NCBI GenBank assembly: GCA_963702435.1
Contig: CAVPCR010000003.1
Span: forward strand, 224,001 to 288,000
Direction: 5' to 3'
DNA: 64,000 nucleotides
DNA from: Candidatus Eiseniibacteriota bacterium
GTDB taxonomy: Bacteria > Eisenbacteria > RBG-16-71-46 > CAVPCR01
In this document: in pieces, positions 40,992 to 50,126 of the stretch
How positions within the stretch are numbered: the stretch's first letter is position 1
Layout of the letters: every line of letters starts with the position of its first letter
The notes under the pieces: generated by a model
The model's database searches: none
Told to the model about the DNA's origin: nothing
The model's input: the letters and a program-made list of their open reading frames with translations, nothing else
Position numbers and translations under genes: made by a program

Positions 40992-41606
40992 TCATGCCCA
41001 CGCGGTCGCGAGCAAATGGGTGACCGCCGCGAGCACATCCGCGAAGACGCGGTCCGTTGCACCAGCACCTGCGGTGCCCGCGCCACCCGCGCCCGCGCCA
41101 CCCGCACCCGCGCCACCCGCGCCCGCGCCCGCCCCGCCGGCGGCGAGCGTCGCCTCCCCGACCCCGGTCCGGACGAGGAGACCCCCGGCGAGCCAGCGCG
41201 CGCCGAGCTCGACGTCCGCCGTCTTGTCGCCGATCGCGTAGGACCGGGCGAGGTCCAGATCCAGCTCGCGCGCCGCAGCGTGGACGAGCAGCCCCGCGGG
41301 CTTCCGGCAAGCACAGCCGTCCTCCGGGTGATGGGGACAGCTGTAGATGCCGTCGAGGACGGCACCCTCCGCCGCCAGGAGCTCCTTCAATCGTCCGTGC
41401 TGCGCCGCAAGATCCTGCGCGGTGAAGTAACCGCGCCCGATCCCGGACTGGTTCGAGACCACGACGGCGGCGATCCCGCGCTCGTTCAGGCGGCGCACCG
41501 CCGCCGCCGCGCCGGGGAGGAGCGCGATCTCGGCGGCGCTCCGCGCGTAGCCGCGATCGAGAACGAGGGTACCGTCGCGGTCGAGGAAGCAGGCGGGGCG
41601 AGCCAT
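40992..41606 (-). CDS. gmhB: D-glycero-D-manno-heptose 1,7-bisphosphate phosphatase (HAD-IIIA)
   Basis: FLDRDGTL, SNQSGIGRG, CPHHPEDGCACRKP, IGDKTAD. A Gly/Ala insert is encoded by a 15-bp repeat at about 41078-41130. Confidence 0.9.
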   Translation of the reverse strand: MARPACFLDRDGTLVLDRGYARSAAEIALLPGAAAAVRRLNERGIAAVVVSNQSGIGRGYFTAQDLAAQHGRLKELLAAEGAVLDGIYSCPHHPEDGCACRKPAGLLVHAAARELDLDLARSYAIGDKTADVELGARWLAGGLLVRTGVGEATLAAGGAGAGAGGAGAGGAGAGGAGTAGAGATDRVFADVLAAVTHLLATAWA

Positions 41607-41610
41607 GGCG

Positions 41611-42717
41611 TCATCCCCCTGTGCCGCGCCCGGCGGCGCGCGGCGAGCCGGCGCGAGTGCGTCCGAGCTCGGCCTCTGCCGACGCGAGGACCGCTTCGGG
41701 TGCGATCCGGGTGAGGCAGACGAAGTCGATCGGGCAGCGGCGCTTGTAGCACGGCGCACACGGCGGGCGCTCGCCGGCGACGACCACGCTCCCGCCCCGC
41801 GGCGCCGTCCAGCGCGGCTCGGTCGAGCCGAAGATGCCGACCGTCGGCGCGCCCACGGCGCGCGCGAGGTGCATGGGCCCCGAGTCGTTGCTCACCACGA
41901 CCGCCGCGCGGGCGAGCACCGCGGCGAGGGTCGGGATATCGGTTTGCCCCGCGAGATCGAGCGCTCCGGCGGCCGGGAGGCGATCGCCGAGGGCGGCGCG
42001 GACGGCCGCCGTCGCCGGCCGGTCACCGGCTGCGCCGACGAGCACGACCCCGAGCCCGTGGCGAGCGGCGAGCGCCTCCCCCACGGCGGCGAACCCGGCC
42101 GCAAGCCAGCGCTTGGTCGGGCCGAAGATGGCCCCCGGGACGAGGATCGCGTACGGCCCGTAGCCGGTGAGTTCGGCCGCGCGCACCGCCGCCGCGGTGC
42201 CGACCGCGACCGCGGGCTCGGCAGCGGGCACGCTCCACTCGAGGAGGGCGAGGACCGCGCGGTATTCATCGAGGAGATGAACGCTCCCGCGCGGCCCGCG
42301 GCGGGCGGTCCGCGTGAAGCAGAGGCGCCGCCCGGGCCCCGCGAAGCCCGCCCGGATCGGCGCGGCGACGAGGCGCGCGAAGACGGCGGCCGAGGGGGTG
42401 GACGGGAGGACGACATGCGCCGTGTAGCGCTCGGCGCGGAGCGCCGCGGTCAGGGCCAGGAAGGCGCGCGGCCGGCCGTGCGCGCCGTGCCGCTCGTAGC
42501 GGATCGCTCGCCGCACGATCGGGTGCGCTCCGGCCACGGCGAGAGCCGCCGGATTGCCGCACACATCCACCGTCACCGCGCGCCCGAGACGCGCGAGCCC
42601 CGCGAGGAGGCCGGTGGCGAGAACGGCATCCCCGAGCCAGTTGGGGAGCGAGACGAGGAGCCGTTCCTCGCGCGCCGGTGGCGCTCCGCCTCGCTGCTCG
42701 CCGGCGGCGCCCATCAC
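41611..42717 (-). CDS. waaF: LPS heptosyltransferase II (GT9)
   Basis: LPNWLGDAV, PGAIFGPTKRW, DLAGQT, SNDSGPMHLA, IFGST, CAPCYKRRCP. Confidence 0.88.
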   Translation of the reverse strand: MMGAAGEQRGGAPPAREERLLVSLPNWLGDAVLATGLLAGLARLGRAVTVDVCGNPAALAVAGAHPIVRRAIRYERHGAHGRPRAFLALTAALRAERYTAHVVLPSTPSAAVFARLVAAPIRAGFAGPGRRLCFTRTARRGPRGSVHLLDEYRAVLALLEWSVPAAEPAVAVGTAAAVRAAELTGYGPYAILVPGAIFGPTKRWLAAGFAAVGEALAARHGLGVVLVGAAGDRPATAAVRAALGDRLPAAGALDLAGQTDIPTLAAVLARAAVVVSNDSGPMHLARAVGAPTVGIFGSTEPRWTAPRGGSVVVAGERPPCAPCYKRRCPIDFVCLTRIAPEAVLASAEAELGRTRAGSPRAAGRGTGG

Positions 42718-42723
42718 CGGGTC

Positions 42724-45231
42724 CTAGCGCGGGAGACCCGAGTCGTCGCCGTCGGTGAGCGCGGCGAGGAGCCCCGTCGCGCGCGCATCGTTCGGATGGG
42801 TCTCGATCCACGCGGCGAGGAGCTGCCGCGCGGCCGCCGGCTGTCCGCGGCTCCACTCGACGCGCGCGAGCCAGAGCGTCGGCTCGAAGTACTGCCCGCC
42901 GGCGACCGCGATCGCCTTCTCGAGCGGCTCGATCGCATCGTCGAACCGCCCCTGGCGATAGCGCGCCACACCGAGCCGGTAGAGCGCATCGAGATTCTGC
43001 GGATCGGTGGCCAGCGCGAGGTCGAACAGCGACTCGGCCGCGGCGGACTGCCCGATATCCGCGAGCAGTGCGCCGCGCATGACCTGGATGTCGGGCCGCC
43101 CCGGCGCGACCGCCTCGCACCGGGTGAAGAGCCGGAGCGCCTCTTCGTAGTTGCCGCGGGTCTCGAGCTCGTAGCCGAGCTCGGCGAAGTGCACGACGTA
43201 GTTGTGGATGAGGTATTCGCCGGTCTCGTCGACCCGGACCCGGTCGTCGCGCGTGTCGTCGGGCTTGAGCACGCCGCGGTAGAGGTAGTTCTGGAACGCA
43301 TTGGCGTACGCCTTGTCGAAGTCGAGCGGTCGCGGCGGCGGCGCGGCGTTCACGCGGAACACCATGCCCTCGAAGCTCAGCTGGCGATCGAAGCCGATGC
43401 GGTCGGGCACGGTGACCGCGAAGTAGGTCGGCCGCTGGTAGCGGTTCTCGGCGATGATGTGGCGCACTGCGGCGTCCTTCACGGTGCCGGGCTCGTAGCT
43501 CTGGTCGGCGTGGAGCACGACATACCCGAGCTCGGGATGGATGGCCACGCGCAGGCTGTCGATCTCCTCGTCCCGCCAGCTGATCGGCAGCTTCGGCGGC
43601 AGGTCCCGGAGCTGCTTGATGTACCAGCCGGTGTTGAGGAGGCTCAGGCACACGACCCGCACATCCTTGCGGATCCCCTCCACCTCCTGCAGGTACCACA
43701 GCGGGAAGGTGTCGTTGTCGCCGTTCGTGAACAGGATGGCGTCGGGCTCGAGGAAGTTGAGGATGTTGTAGCCGTAGTCGCGGGCCACGAAGTTGCCGCG
43801 GCGATCGTGGGCGGCGAAGCCCGCCCGGAGCGGCAGCAGACCGAGGAGGAGCCCGATCGCGACGGCGACCGGCAGGATCTTCCGGCTCCGCGCGCCGCGT
43901 GCGAGCTCGACCAGGAGCGCGGCGATGCCGATCCCGATCCACATGGCGAAGATCTGGAAGGACGGCGCGAAGAAGTAGTCGCGCTCGCGCACCTCCCCGA
44001 TCTCCCAGCGCCCGGTCGCCTGGTTGAAGGTGCCGCTCAGGTTCAGGTAGATGACGAGGATGAGACTCATGACGAGGAAGTGGGTGAGCATCATCGCCCC
44101 GTCGCGCGGCCGGCGCATGACATGGGCGATGGCGCCGAGGATCCCGAGCGCGAGCGGGACCACGACACCGAGGAGACCGAGGGCCGGGCCGAGCGCGAAC
44201 TGCTGGCGGAGGTAGTAGAGATAGAGTCGGTCGACCTGGAAGGAGAACGGCGCGCGGCGCTCGAAGATGTCGGTCGGCGGGTACTGCTTGCGCGTGAGGA
44301 CGTCCCACAGCGCCTGCCAGTTCTTGGGCGCCGCCTCGTTGATGGCCGGATCGTGCTGCGCGCGGATGAGGAGGAAGAGGTGCACGCTCACGCCGAGCAC
44401 GAAGAGGAGGAGGAGGGCGATGATGAAGCCGCGACGCCGGGTGACCAGGAGGGCGAGGACGAGGACGAGGACGGCCAGCGCGAGGGCGGCGCCGCCGCCA
44501 CCGGTCGCCTTGTAGAAGACGAACAGGGTGACCGGCACCCCGATCGTCCACAGGAGGAGGTCGCGCGTGGTGACGATCGCATGCCGCCGCTCGAGCGCGA
44601 GGAGCACGACCAGGCCGGGGAGGACGAGATAGGTCCCGAGGTGGATGCCGATCGAGAGGCTGAGGAGGTAGAACACGAGCAGCAGCGACTTGCCGTCTCC
44701 GGCCGGCTCGTCCCGTTCGGCGGCGTCGCGCCAGACCAGGGTGGCCCACAGCCCGATCGCCATCACCATGTTCGAGAGCGAGTAGACCTCGGCCTCGATC
44801 GAGTTGACCCAGCAGGTGTTGGCGAAGGCGGTGAACAGCCCGGCCGCCACGCTGCCGACGAAGGTGGCGAGATCGCTCCCCCGCTCCCCGCGCCACATGA
44901 GCCGCATGAGGCGGGCCGTGGCGAGCATCGTGAAGAACACGGCCACGGCGCCGGCCACGGCCGAGAGCCCGTTCACGCGCTCGGCCACCGTGCCGAACGG
45001 CAGGAGCGTGGCCACGCGGCCGAGGAGCACGTAGAGCGGGGTGCCCGGCGGATGCGGGATGCCGAGGATCCAGCTCGTCGCGATGAACTCGCCGGCGTCC
45101 CAGAACGGCGTCGTCTCCCCCATCCCGATCATGAACACGGCGAGGGCGAAGACGCTGACCACGATCGCCGCGCCCACGATCAGGCGCGAAGCGACGCTGC
45201 GCCCGGCGCCATCGAGACTCGACACTGTCAT
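42724..45231 (-). CDS. DUF2723 / TMEM260-like GT-C membrane glycosyltransferase with C-terminal TPRs
   Basis: FWDAGEFI...HPPGTPLY, EAEVY, EVRERDYFF, ILFTNGDNDTFPLWYLQEVEGIRKDV; about 11 TMs; TPR tail. Confidence 0.85.
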   Translation of the reverse strand: MTVSSLDGAGRSVASRLIVGAAIVVSVFALAVFMIGMGETTPFWDAGEFIATSWILGIPHPPGTPLYVLLGRVATLLPFGTVAERVNGLSAVAGAVAVFFTMLATARLMRLMWRGERGSDLATFVGSVAAGLFTAFANTCWVNSIEAEVYSLSNMVMAIGLWATLVWRDAAERDEPAGDGKSLLLVFYLLSLSIGIHLGTYLVLPGLVVLLALERRHAIVTTRDLLLWTIGVPVTLFVFYKATGGGGAALALAVLVLVLALLVTRRRGFIIALLLLFVLGVSVHLFLLIRAQHDPAINEAAPKNWQALWDVLTRKQYPPTDIFERRAPFSFQVDRLYLYYLRQQFALGPALGLLGVVVPLALGILGAIAHVMRRPRDGAMMLTHFLVMSLILVIYLNLSGTFNQATGRWEIGEVRERDYFFAPSFQIFAMWIGIGIAALLVELARGARSRKILPVAVAIGLLLGLLPLRAGFAAHDRRGNFVARDYGYNILNFLEPDAILFTNGDNDTFPLWYLQEVEGIRKDVRVVCLSLLNTGWYIKQLRDLPPKLPISWRDEEIDSLRVAIHPELGYVVLHADQSYEPGTVKDAAVRHIIAENRYQRPTYFAVTVPDRIGFDRQLSFEGMVFRVNAAPPPRPLDFDKAYANAFQNYLYRGVLKPDDTRDDRVRVDETGEYLIHNYVVHFAELGYELETRGNYEEALRLFTRCEAVAPGRPDIQVMRGALLADIGQSAAAESLFDLALATDPQNLDALYRLGVARYRQGRFDDAIEPLEKAIAVAGGQYFEPTLWLARVEWSRGQPAAARQLLAAWIETHPNDARATGLLAALTDGDDSGLPR

Positions 45232-46268
45232 CGCTTGGGCTCCTCGCCCCGGCCGGGCAGCCGGTCCGGACTCCTCGCCGCGGTTTCGCGGCGCGCTCCC
45301 GTCCCGAGCAAGACCGCCGCCCCCGGGGCGCTCACCAGAACCGCCAGGAAGTACGCCAGGAGTTGCATGGCCGAGGCCTCGGCGGCCGCCACCCCGAGCA
45401 GGCCGAAGAGAACCGCCCCCATGCTCTCGCGGACGCCGATACCGCCGATCGAGATCGGCACCGCCACCGCCACCGCCAGCAAAGGCACGAACAGGAAGAA
45501 ATACCGGAGCCCGAGGTCCAAGTCCAGCGCCCGCGCCACCTGGGCGTGGGCCAGGATGCGCGCCACCTGGACCCCGAGCGCGAGGGCGAGGAGGAGCCGG
45601 CGGCCGCGGGCGGCACGGACCCGGGCGAGCGCCTCCTCCAGGCGGCCGAGCCGGCCGCGAAAGCGCGATGGGAGGAGCCGGCCGATGCCGGCCAGCACGC
45701 GCCCGCTCGCCGGGCTCAGGACGATCGCCAGGCCGCCCAGGCTGGCCGCAGCGCTAGCCGCCGCGAGACCGAGGGCGACGCGCCCGGTCGGGCTCCCCGC
45801 GAGGTCGCGGCTCCAGAGGACGGCCGCGAGCCCGATGGCTCCGAGCATGCCGAGCCCGAGGAGCCGATCGACGATCGTCGCTCCGGCCGCGGCGCCCCGC
45901 CGCCCGCCCTCGCGTCCGGCCCCCACGATCCGCGCGAGATCCCCGCCGGCACCGGTCGGGAGCACGAGGTTCCCGAACGCTCCCGCGAAGTAATAGGTGA
46001 CGACCCGCCCCCAGGAGAGATCGAGACCCGCCGCGTGGAGCAGCCGCCCCCACTGCCAGCTCCCGAGGAGATGGGAGACGACGAGGAGCAGGGCGGCGCC
46101 GGCGAGGTGCGGGGGTGAGGCGGTCGCCATCACGGCGAGGAGCGATCCGACCCCGATCCGGCCGAGGAGCCAGACGAGGAGCCCGGCCGAGACCGCGAGC
46201 TTGACGCCGATAGCGAGCGCCCCCCGCAGCTTTCCACGCTCGAGACCATTTTCTCGCGCGAGGCTCAC
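45228..46268 (-). CDS. Lysylphosphatidylglycerol-synthase TM domain / flippase-like protein (UPF0104)
   Basis: KLAVSAGLL, FGNLVLPTGAGGD, DRLLG, PISIGGIGVRE. Confidence 0.82.
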   Translation of the reverse strand: MSLARENGLERGKLRGALAIGVKLAVSAGLLVWLLGRIGVGSLLAVMATASPPHLAGAALLLVVSHLLGSWQWGRLLHAAGLDLSWGRVVTYYFAGAFGNLVLPTGAGGDLARIVGAGREGGRRGAAAGATIVDRLLGLGMLGAIGLAAVLWSRDLAGSPTGRVALGLAAASAAASLGGLAIVLSPASGRVLAGIGRLLPSRFRGRLGRLEEALARVRAARGRRLLLALALGVQVARILAHAQVARALDLDLGLRYFFLFVPLLAVAVAVPISIGGIGVRESMGAVLFGLLGVAAAEASAMQLLAYFLAVLVSAPGAAVLLGTGARRETAARSPDRLPGRGEEPKR

Positions 46269-47392
46269 CGCGGGCGGCCCCCGCTCGCCGCCGCGCGCGC
46301 CACCACGTCCTCGGCGAGCACCAGGGCCTCCTCCGCGGCGCGCTCCCAGGTGAATCCGAGCGCGAAGCGCCGCCCTCCGGCGCCCAGCCGGTCGCGGAGC
46401 GCGGGATCACCGAGGATCCGGCCGAGAGCGTCCGCGAGCGCCGCCCGATCCCCGTAGGGCACGAGGAGCCCGGTCTCCCCGTCGCGCACCGATTCGATGA
46501 GCCCCGGCACCCGTGTCGCCACGGTCGGTGTGCCGCAGGCGTTCCCCTCGACCATGGTCAGGCCCCATCCCTCCTTGATCGAGGCGCTCGCCACCACCCA
46601 GGCGCAGCGGAGGAGATCCACGACCTCCGCCTGCGATCGCCGCCCGAGGAAGCGTACGCCTTCCACTCCGCGGGCGCGGGCGCGCAGCGCGGGCTCGTAG
46701 GGCCCGCTGCCGACGATCCACAGCTCGGCGCCGGGCACCCGGGCGCGCACCGCGGGCAGCGCCGCGACCAGGGACTGGATGCCCTTGTACTGCCGGATCC
46801 GCCCGAGGTGGAGGATCGACGGGACGGCGCTTCTCGCCACGGACGGATCGGGCGCGTAGGTCGCGTGATCGACGCCCACCGGCACGACGCGGACGCGCGC
46901 CGCGGAGATGCCGCGCGCGATCAGGTCGGCCCGCGTTGACTCGGAGATGACGAGGAAGTCGGTGTCGCGATAGACGCGCGGGATCAGGAGCTCGTTCAGG
47001 TAGACGTAGGCAGCGAGCGGGAACGCGGTCTCGGCGAACACCGCTCGCCCGAAGAGGTGCGGCACGACGGCGAGGACCGGCGCCCGGACGAAGGCCGGCG
47101 TGAAGAAGGGCACCTTGTTGATGTCCTCGATGACGAGGTCGAACCGGCGCCCGGCGAGCTCGCGCCGGTAGGCGCGGCGGAGCGCCCAGTTGGCGTCGAA
47201 CCAGCGCCCGCGGCGCATGACCTCGACCCCGTCGATGCGTGCGGCGGGGGCGCCGCCCGGGAAGCCGCTCGCGAGCTGCGTCACCTCGTGCCCGCGCGCG
47301 ACGAAGCGGCGGAGGATCTCGTGCAGGTGCACCTCGGCCCCGCCCGCCTCCGGGTGCTCCGGATCGCGCCAGTTGAAGGCGAGGATCTTCAC
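46265..47392 (-). CDS. Glycosyltransferase family 4
   Basis: NWRDPEHPEAGGAE, LGRIRQYKG, EGWGLTMVEGNACGTP. Confidence 0.92.
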   Translation of the reverse strand: MKILAFNWRDPEHPEAGGAEVHLHEILRRFVARGHEVTQLASGFPGGAPAARIDGVEVMRRGRWFDANWALRRAYRRELAGRRFDLVIEDINKVPFFTPAFVRAPVLAVVPHLFGRAVFAETAFPLAAYVYLNELLIPRVYRDTDFLVISESTRADLIARGISAARVRVVPVGVDHATYAPDPSVARSAVPSILHLGRIRQYKGIQSLVAALPAVRARVPGAELWIVGSGPYEPALRARARGVEGVRFLGRRSQAEVVDLLRCAWVVASASIKEGWGLTMVEGNACGTPTVATRVPGLIESVRDGETGLLVPYGDRAALADALGRILGDPALRDRLGAGGRRFALGFTWERAAEEALVLAEDVVARAAASGGRPR

Positions 47393-47447
47393 GAGCGCCT
47401 CGGCGCAGCGCCCGCGTCGCGTGCTTCGCTCACCGGTTCTCTCCCCC

Positions 47448-48221
47448 TCACCGCTTCTCCCCCACCGCCCCGATCACGAGGAAGGTGTAGAAGGCGAGCC
47501 GCCGGCGCCGAAACCAGCGCCGGAAGGCCGCCGCGGCCGCGGCGATCCCGGGCACGCCCGGCGGATGGAGCGGCAGGACGACGCCGATCTTCCGGAGCGC
47601 GTAGCGTGCGGAGCGATACCCGAGCCCGGGCACCATCCAGTCGCCGTAGCGATGGCGGACGGCGAAGCCGTGGCCCTCGACCAGGCGCTCGAGCTCGCCG
47701 ATCGAGTACTCGGTCTCCCAGCCCGCGAACCAGCGGTTCATGGCGATGAGGATGTGCTTCATCACCGTGTAGAGATGCCAGCGCTGGGGCACATCGATGA
47801 GGAGATGGCCGCCGGTGGCGAGCACGCGCCGGTTCTCGGCGAGCAGCGGTCCCGGATCGCGGAAGTGCTCCATCAATCCCTGGTGGAACACCACCGCGAA
47901 CGCGCCGTCGCGGAACGGCATCCGCGTGCAGTCGGCGCACACGAGATCGATCGCGACGCCGCTTCGCCGCGCCAGGCGCTGGACGATGCGAAGCGCCTCG
48001 AAGGTGTAGTCGAGCGTCACCGGATGCGCGCCGCGGCCGGCGAGATCGAGCGAGTCGCGGCCCGACCCGGCGCCGACCTCGAGCACCCGCGCCCCGCCGA
48101 GGCCGCGCACGCGCTCGAGCTCGGCCGTGATCCGGCCCTCGTTCGAGTAGACCTGATCGATGTCGGGGTTGTCGGCCCAGTAGGTGGCCCAGTGCGCCTT
48201 GGTGGACTCGCGCTTCGGCAT
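47448..48221 (-). CDS. Class I SAM-dependent methyltransferase
   Basis: VLEVGAGSG motif I; MPFRDGAF; GLMEHF; RVLATGG. Confidence 0.88.
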   Translation of the reverse strand: MPKRESTKAHWATYWADNPDIDQVYSNEGRITAELERVRGLGGARVLEVGAGSGRDSLDLAGRGAHPVTLDYTFEALRIVQRLARRSGVAIDLVCADCTRMPFRDGAFAVVFHQGLMEHFRDPGPLLAENRRVLATGGHLLIDVPQRWHLYTVMKHILIAMNRWFAGWETEYSIGELERLVEGHGFAVRHRYGDWMVPGLGYRSARYALRKIGVVLPLHPPGVPGIAAAAAAFRRWFRRRRLAFYTFLVIGAVGEKR

Positions 48222-48242
48222 GATCGCGGCGGGAGGTCCCGG

Positions 48243-48971
48243 CTAGACGCCCCACACCAGGCGCTCGGCCGCGCTCTTCGGCAGGGCCGCCTCGGCGAGG
48301 ATGCGGCCGCGCACCCGCTCGACGTCATAGAAGACGCGGCGGATCTCGGTACGGCCGGTCGTGTCGTCGTAGAAGGCGAACGCCGCGCGCGCATCCCCGT
48401 CGCGCGGCTGGCCCACCGAGCCGACATTGATGAGCGCGCGTTCACCCGGGCCGATCACGAGGCTCGGCGGGGACTGCTGCGCGTGGCCCTGGGCGCGTTC
48501 GACGAAGAAGCCGGGGAAGTGCGAATGGCCGACGAAGCAGACCCGCTCCGTGAAGGCCCTGAACTCGTGCATGGCCTCGCGCAGGTTGAAGATATAGAGC
48601 CACTCGGCAGGGGCCGAGGGGCTCGAGTGGGCGAGGAGCATGTCGGGGAGTCCGGCGGTGAAAGGCAGCCCGCGCAGGTACGCCTCGTTCTCGGCGGTGA
48701 GCGCGGCGCGGGTCCACTCGACCGCGGCGCGGGCGTCGGGGTTGAAGTACTCGGTGTCGGTGGTGCCGACCGCCGCGCAGTCGTGATTGCCGGCCACCAC
48801 CTGCGCGGCCCGCGCCCGCACGAAATCGATGCACTCGTTGGGGGTCGCGCCGTAGCCCACGATGTCGCCCAGGCACACGACCAGGTCGGGCTTCTCCGCG
48901 TCGATCACCTTGAAGCAGGCCTCGAGCGCCTCGATGTTGGAATGGATGTCGGAGATGATCGCGTACTTCAT
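48243..48971 (-). CDS. Calcineurin-like metallophosphoesterase
   Basis: SDIHSN, LGDIVGYG, GNHD, VGHSH, NVGSVGQPRDG; ATGA overlap with the nusB stop. Confidence 0.9.
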   Translation of the reverse strand: MKYAIISDIHSNIEALEACFKVIDAEKPDLVVCLGDIVGYGATPNECIDFVRARAAQVVAGNHDCAAVGTTDTEYFNPDARAAVEWTRAALTAENEAYLRGLPFTAGLPDMLLAHSSPSAPAEWLYIFNLREAMHEFRAFTERVCFVGHSHFPGFFVERAQGHAQQSPPSLVIGPGERALINVGSVGQPRDGDARAAFAFYDDTTGRTEIRRVFYDVERVRGRILAEAALPKSAAERLVWGV

Positions 48972-49603
48972 GGTCCGCCCGCCGCATCCGCTCGATCGGC
49001 CGCATCCGCTCGATCGGCCGCATCCGTTCGAGCCGTCGCATCCGCTCCATCGGCCGCGTCCGTTCGAGCCGTCGCCTCCGCGGCTGCGGCCCCATCTGTT
49101 GCAGCCGTCGCGCCCGTCGCGCTCCCGAGACCCGCAGCGGTCGCGCCGCCGGCCTCCGCGGCGGCGGCCGGCTCCTCCGCTCCCGGATCCTGTGCCCGCT
49201 CGATCGCCCGCCGCCGCACCGCGTCGACGACCGCATTCACGAAGTGCCCGGACTCCTCGCCCCCGTAGCGCTTGGCGACCTCGACGGCCTCGTTGATGGT
49301 CACCGGCTCCGGCACCCCCGGCATGAACAGGAGCTCGACCACCGCGAGCCGGAGCACGGCGCGATCGGTGGCGGTCATGCGCTCGAGATCCCAGCGCGGG
49401 CTCGACTCGCGGATTGCGCGATCCACGGCCGCATGATGGCGATCGAAGGACTGTACAATATGGGCGGCGAACTCGACCACGGCGGGCGGCCGCGCTGCGC
49501 CGCCGACGATGTCGTCGAGACGCGCCGCCGCCGGCTCGCCGAGCAGATCGCTCTGATAGAGGGCGAGGAATGCCAGCTCGCGCGCCCGCCGCCGTGCTCC
49601 CAC
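48968..49603 (-). CDS. nusB: Transcription antitermination factor NusB with Ala-rich repetitive C-terminal extension
   Basis: RRRARELAFLALYQ, WDLERM...DRAVLRLA, INEAVEVAKRYGGEESGHFVNAVVD; follows ribH; GTG start at 49603 inferred. Confidence 0.9.
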   Translation of the reverse strand: MGARRRARELAFLALYQSDLLGEPAAARLDDIVGGAARPPAVVEFAAHIVQSFDRHHAAVDRAIRESSPRWDLERMTATDRAVLRLAVVELLFMPGVPEPVTINEAVEVAKRYGGEESGHFVNAVVDAVRRRAIERAQDPGAEEPAAAAEAGGATAAGLGSATGATAATDGAAAAEATARTDAADGADATARTDAADRADAADRADAAGGP

Positions 49604-49607
49604 GCGG

Positions 49608-50126
49608 TCACGCCCCGCGGCGTCCGCGCCGCGCGCGCGCGCTGCCGCGCGGCGCCGTGTCCCCGGCGACGAGGCTCGCCATCTCGAGCGCGGAGAGCGC
49701 GGCATCGAAGCCGCGATTCCCGGCCTTGGCCCCCGCGCGCTCGACCGCCTGCTCGAGGGTGTCGGCGGTGATGACGCCGAAGATGACCGGCACGCCGCTC
49801 GCGATCGCCGCATCGGCGACCCCGCGCGACACCGCGGACGCCACCTGCTCGTAGTGCGACGTGCCGCCGCGGATCACGGCGCCGAGGGCGATCACCGCGG
49901 CGAAGCGGCCGCTCGCCGCCAGGCGCGCGGACAGGAACGGGATCTCGAACGCGCCCGGCACCCAGTAGACATCGATCGCGTCGGCCGCGACTCCGTGCCG
50001 CTCGAGACAGTCGATCGCCGCCGACTTCAGGCGATCGGTGATGACCTCGTTGGTTCGACTGACGACGAGGGCGAAGCTCCGGCCGCTGCCGAGAAGCGCG
50101 CCCCGATGCTCACGAGCCACTCCCAC
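49608..50126 (-). CDS. ribH: 6,7-dimethyl-8-ribityllumazine synthase
   Basis: [43 protein letters not shown]. Confidence 0.95.
   Translation of the reverse strand: MGVAREHRGALLGSGRSFALVVSRTNEVITDRLKSAAIDCLERHGVAADAIDVYWVPGAFEIPFLSARLAASGRFAAVIALGAVIRGGTSHYEQVASAVSRGVADAAIASGVPVIFGVITADTLEQAVERAGAKAGNRGFDAALSALEMASLVAGDTAPRGSARARRGRRGA

Noticed and set aside
40905..41135. Short repeats as a possible CRISPR array or REP element
   Set aside because: Units are 12-15 bp, directly tandem with no spacers, and no cas genes are present.
4039..45993. Very long alternative-frame and antisense ORFs (for example 4039-6087 -, 9193-11592 -, 17029-19800 +, 23618-26305 -, 28624-32316 +, 37854-40778 -, 41605-45993 +)
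   Set aside because: Arg/Gly/Pro-rich shadow frames of well-supported genes; expected in very high-GC DNA where stop codons are rare.
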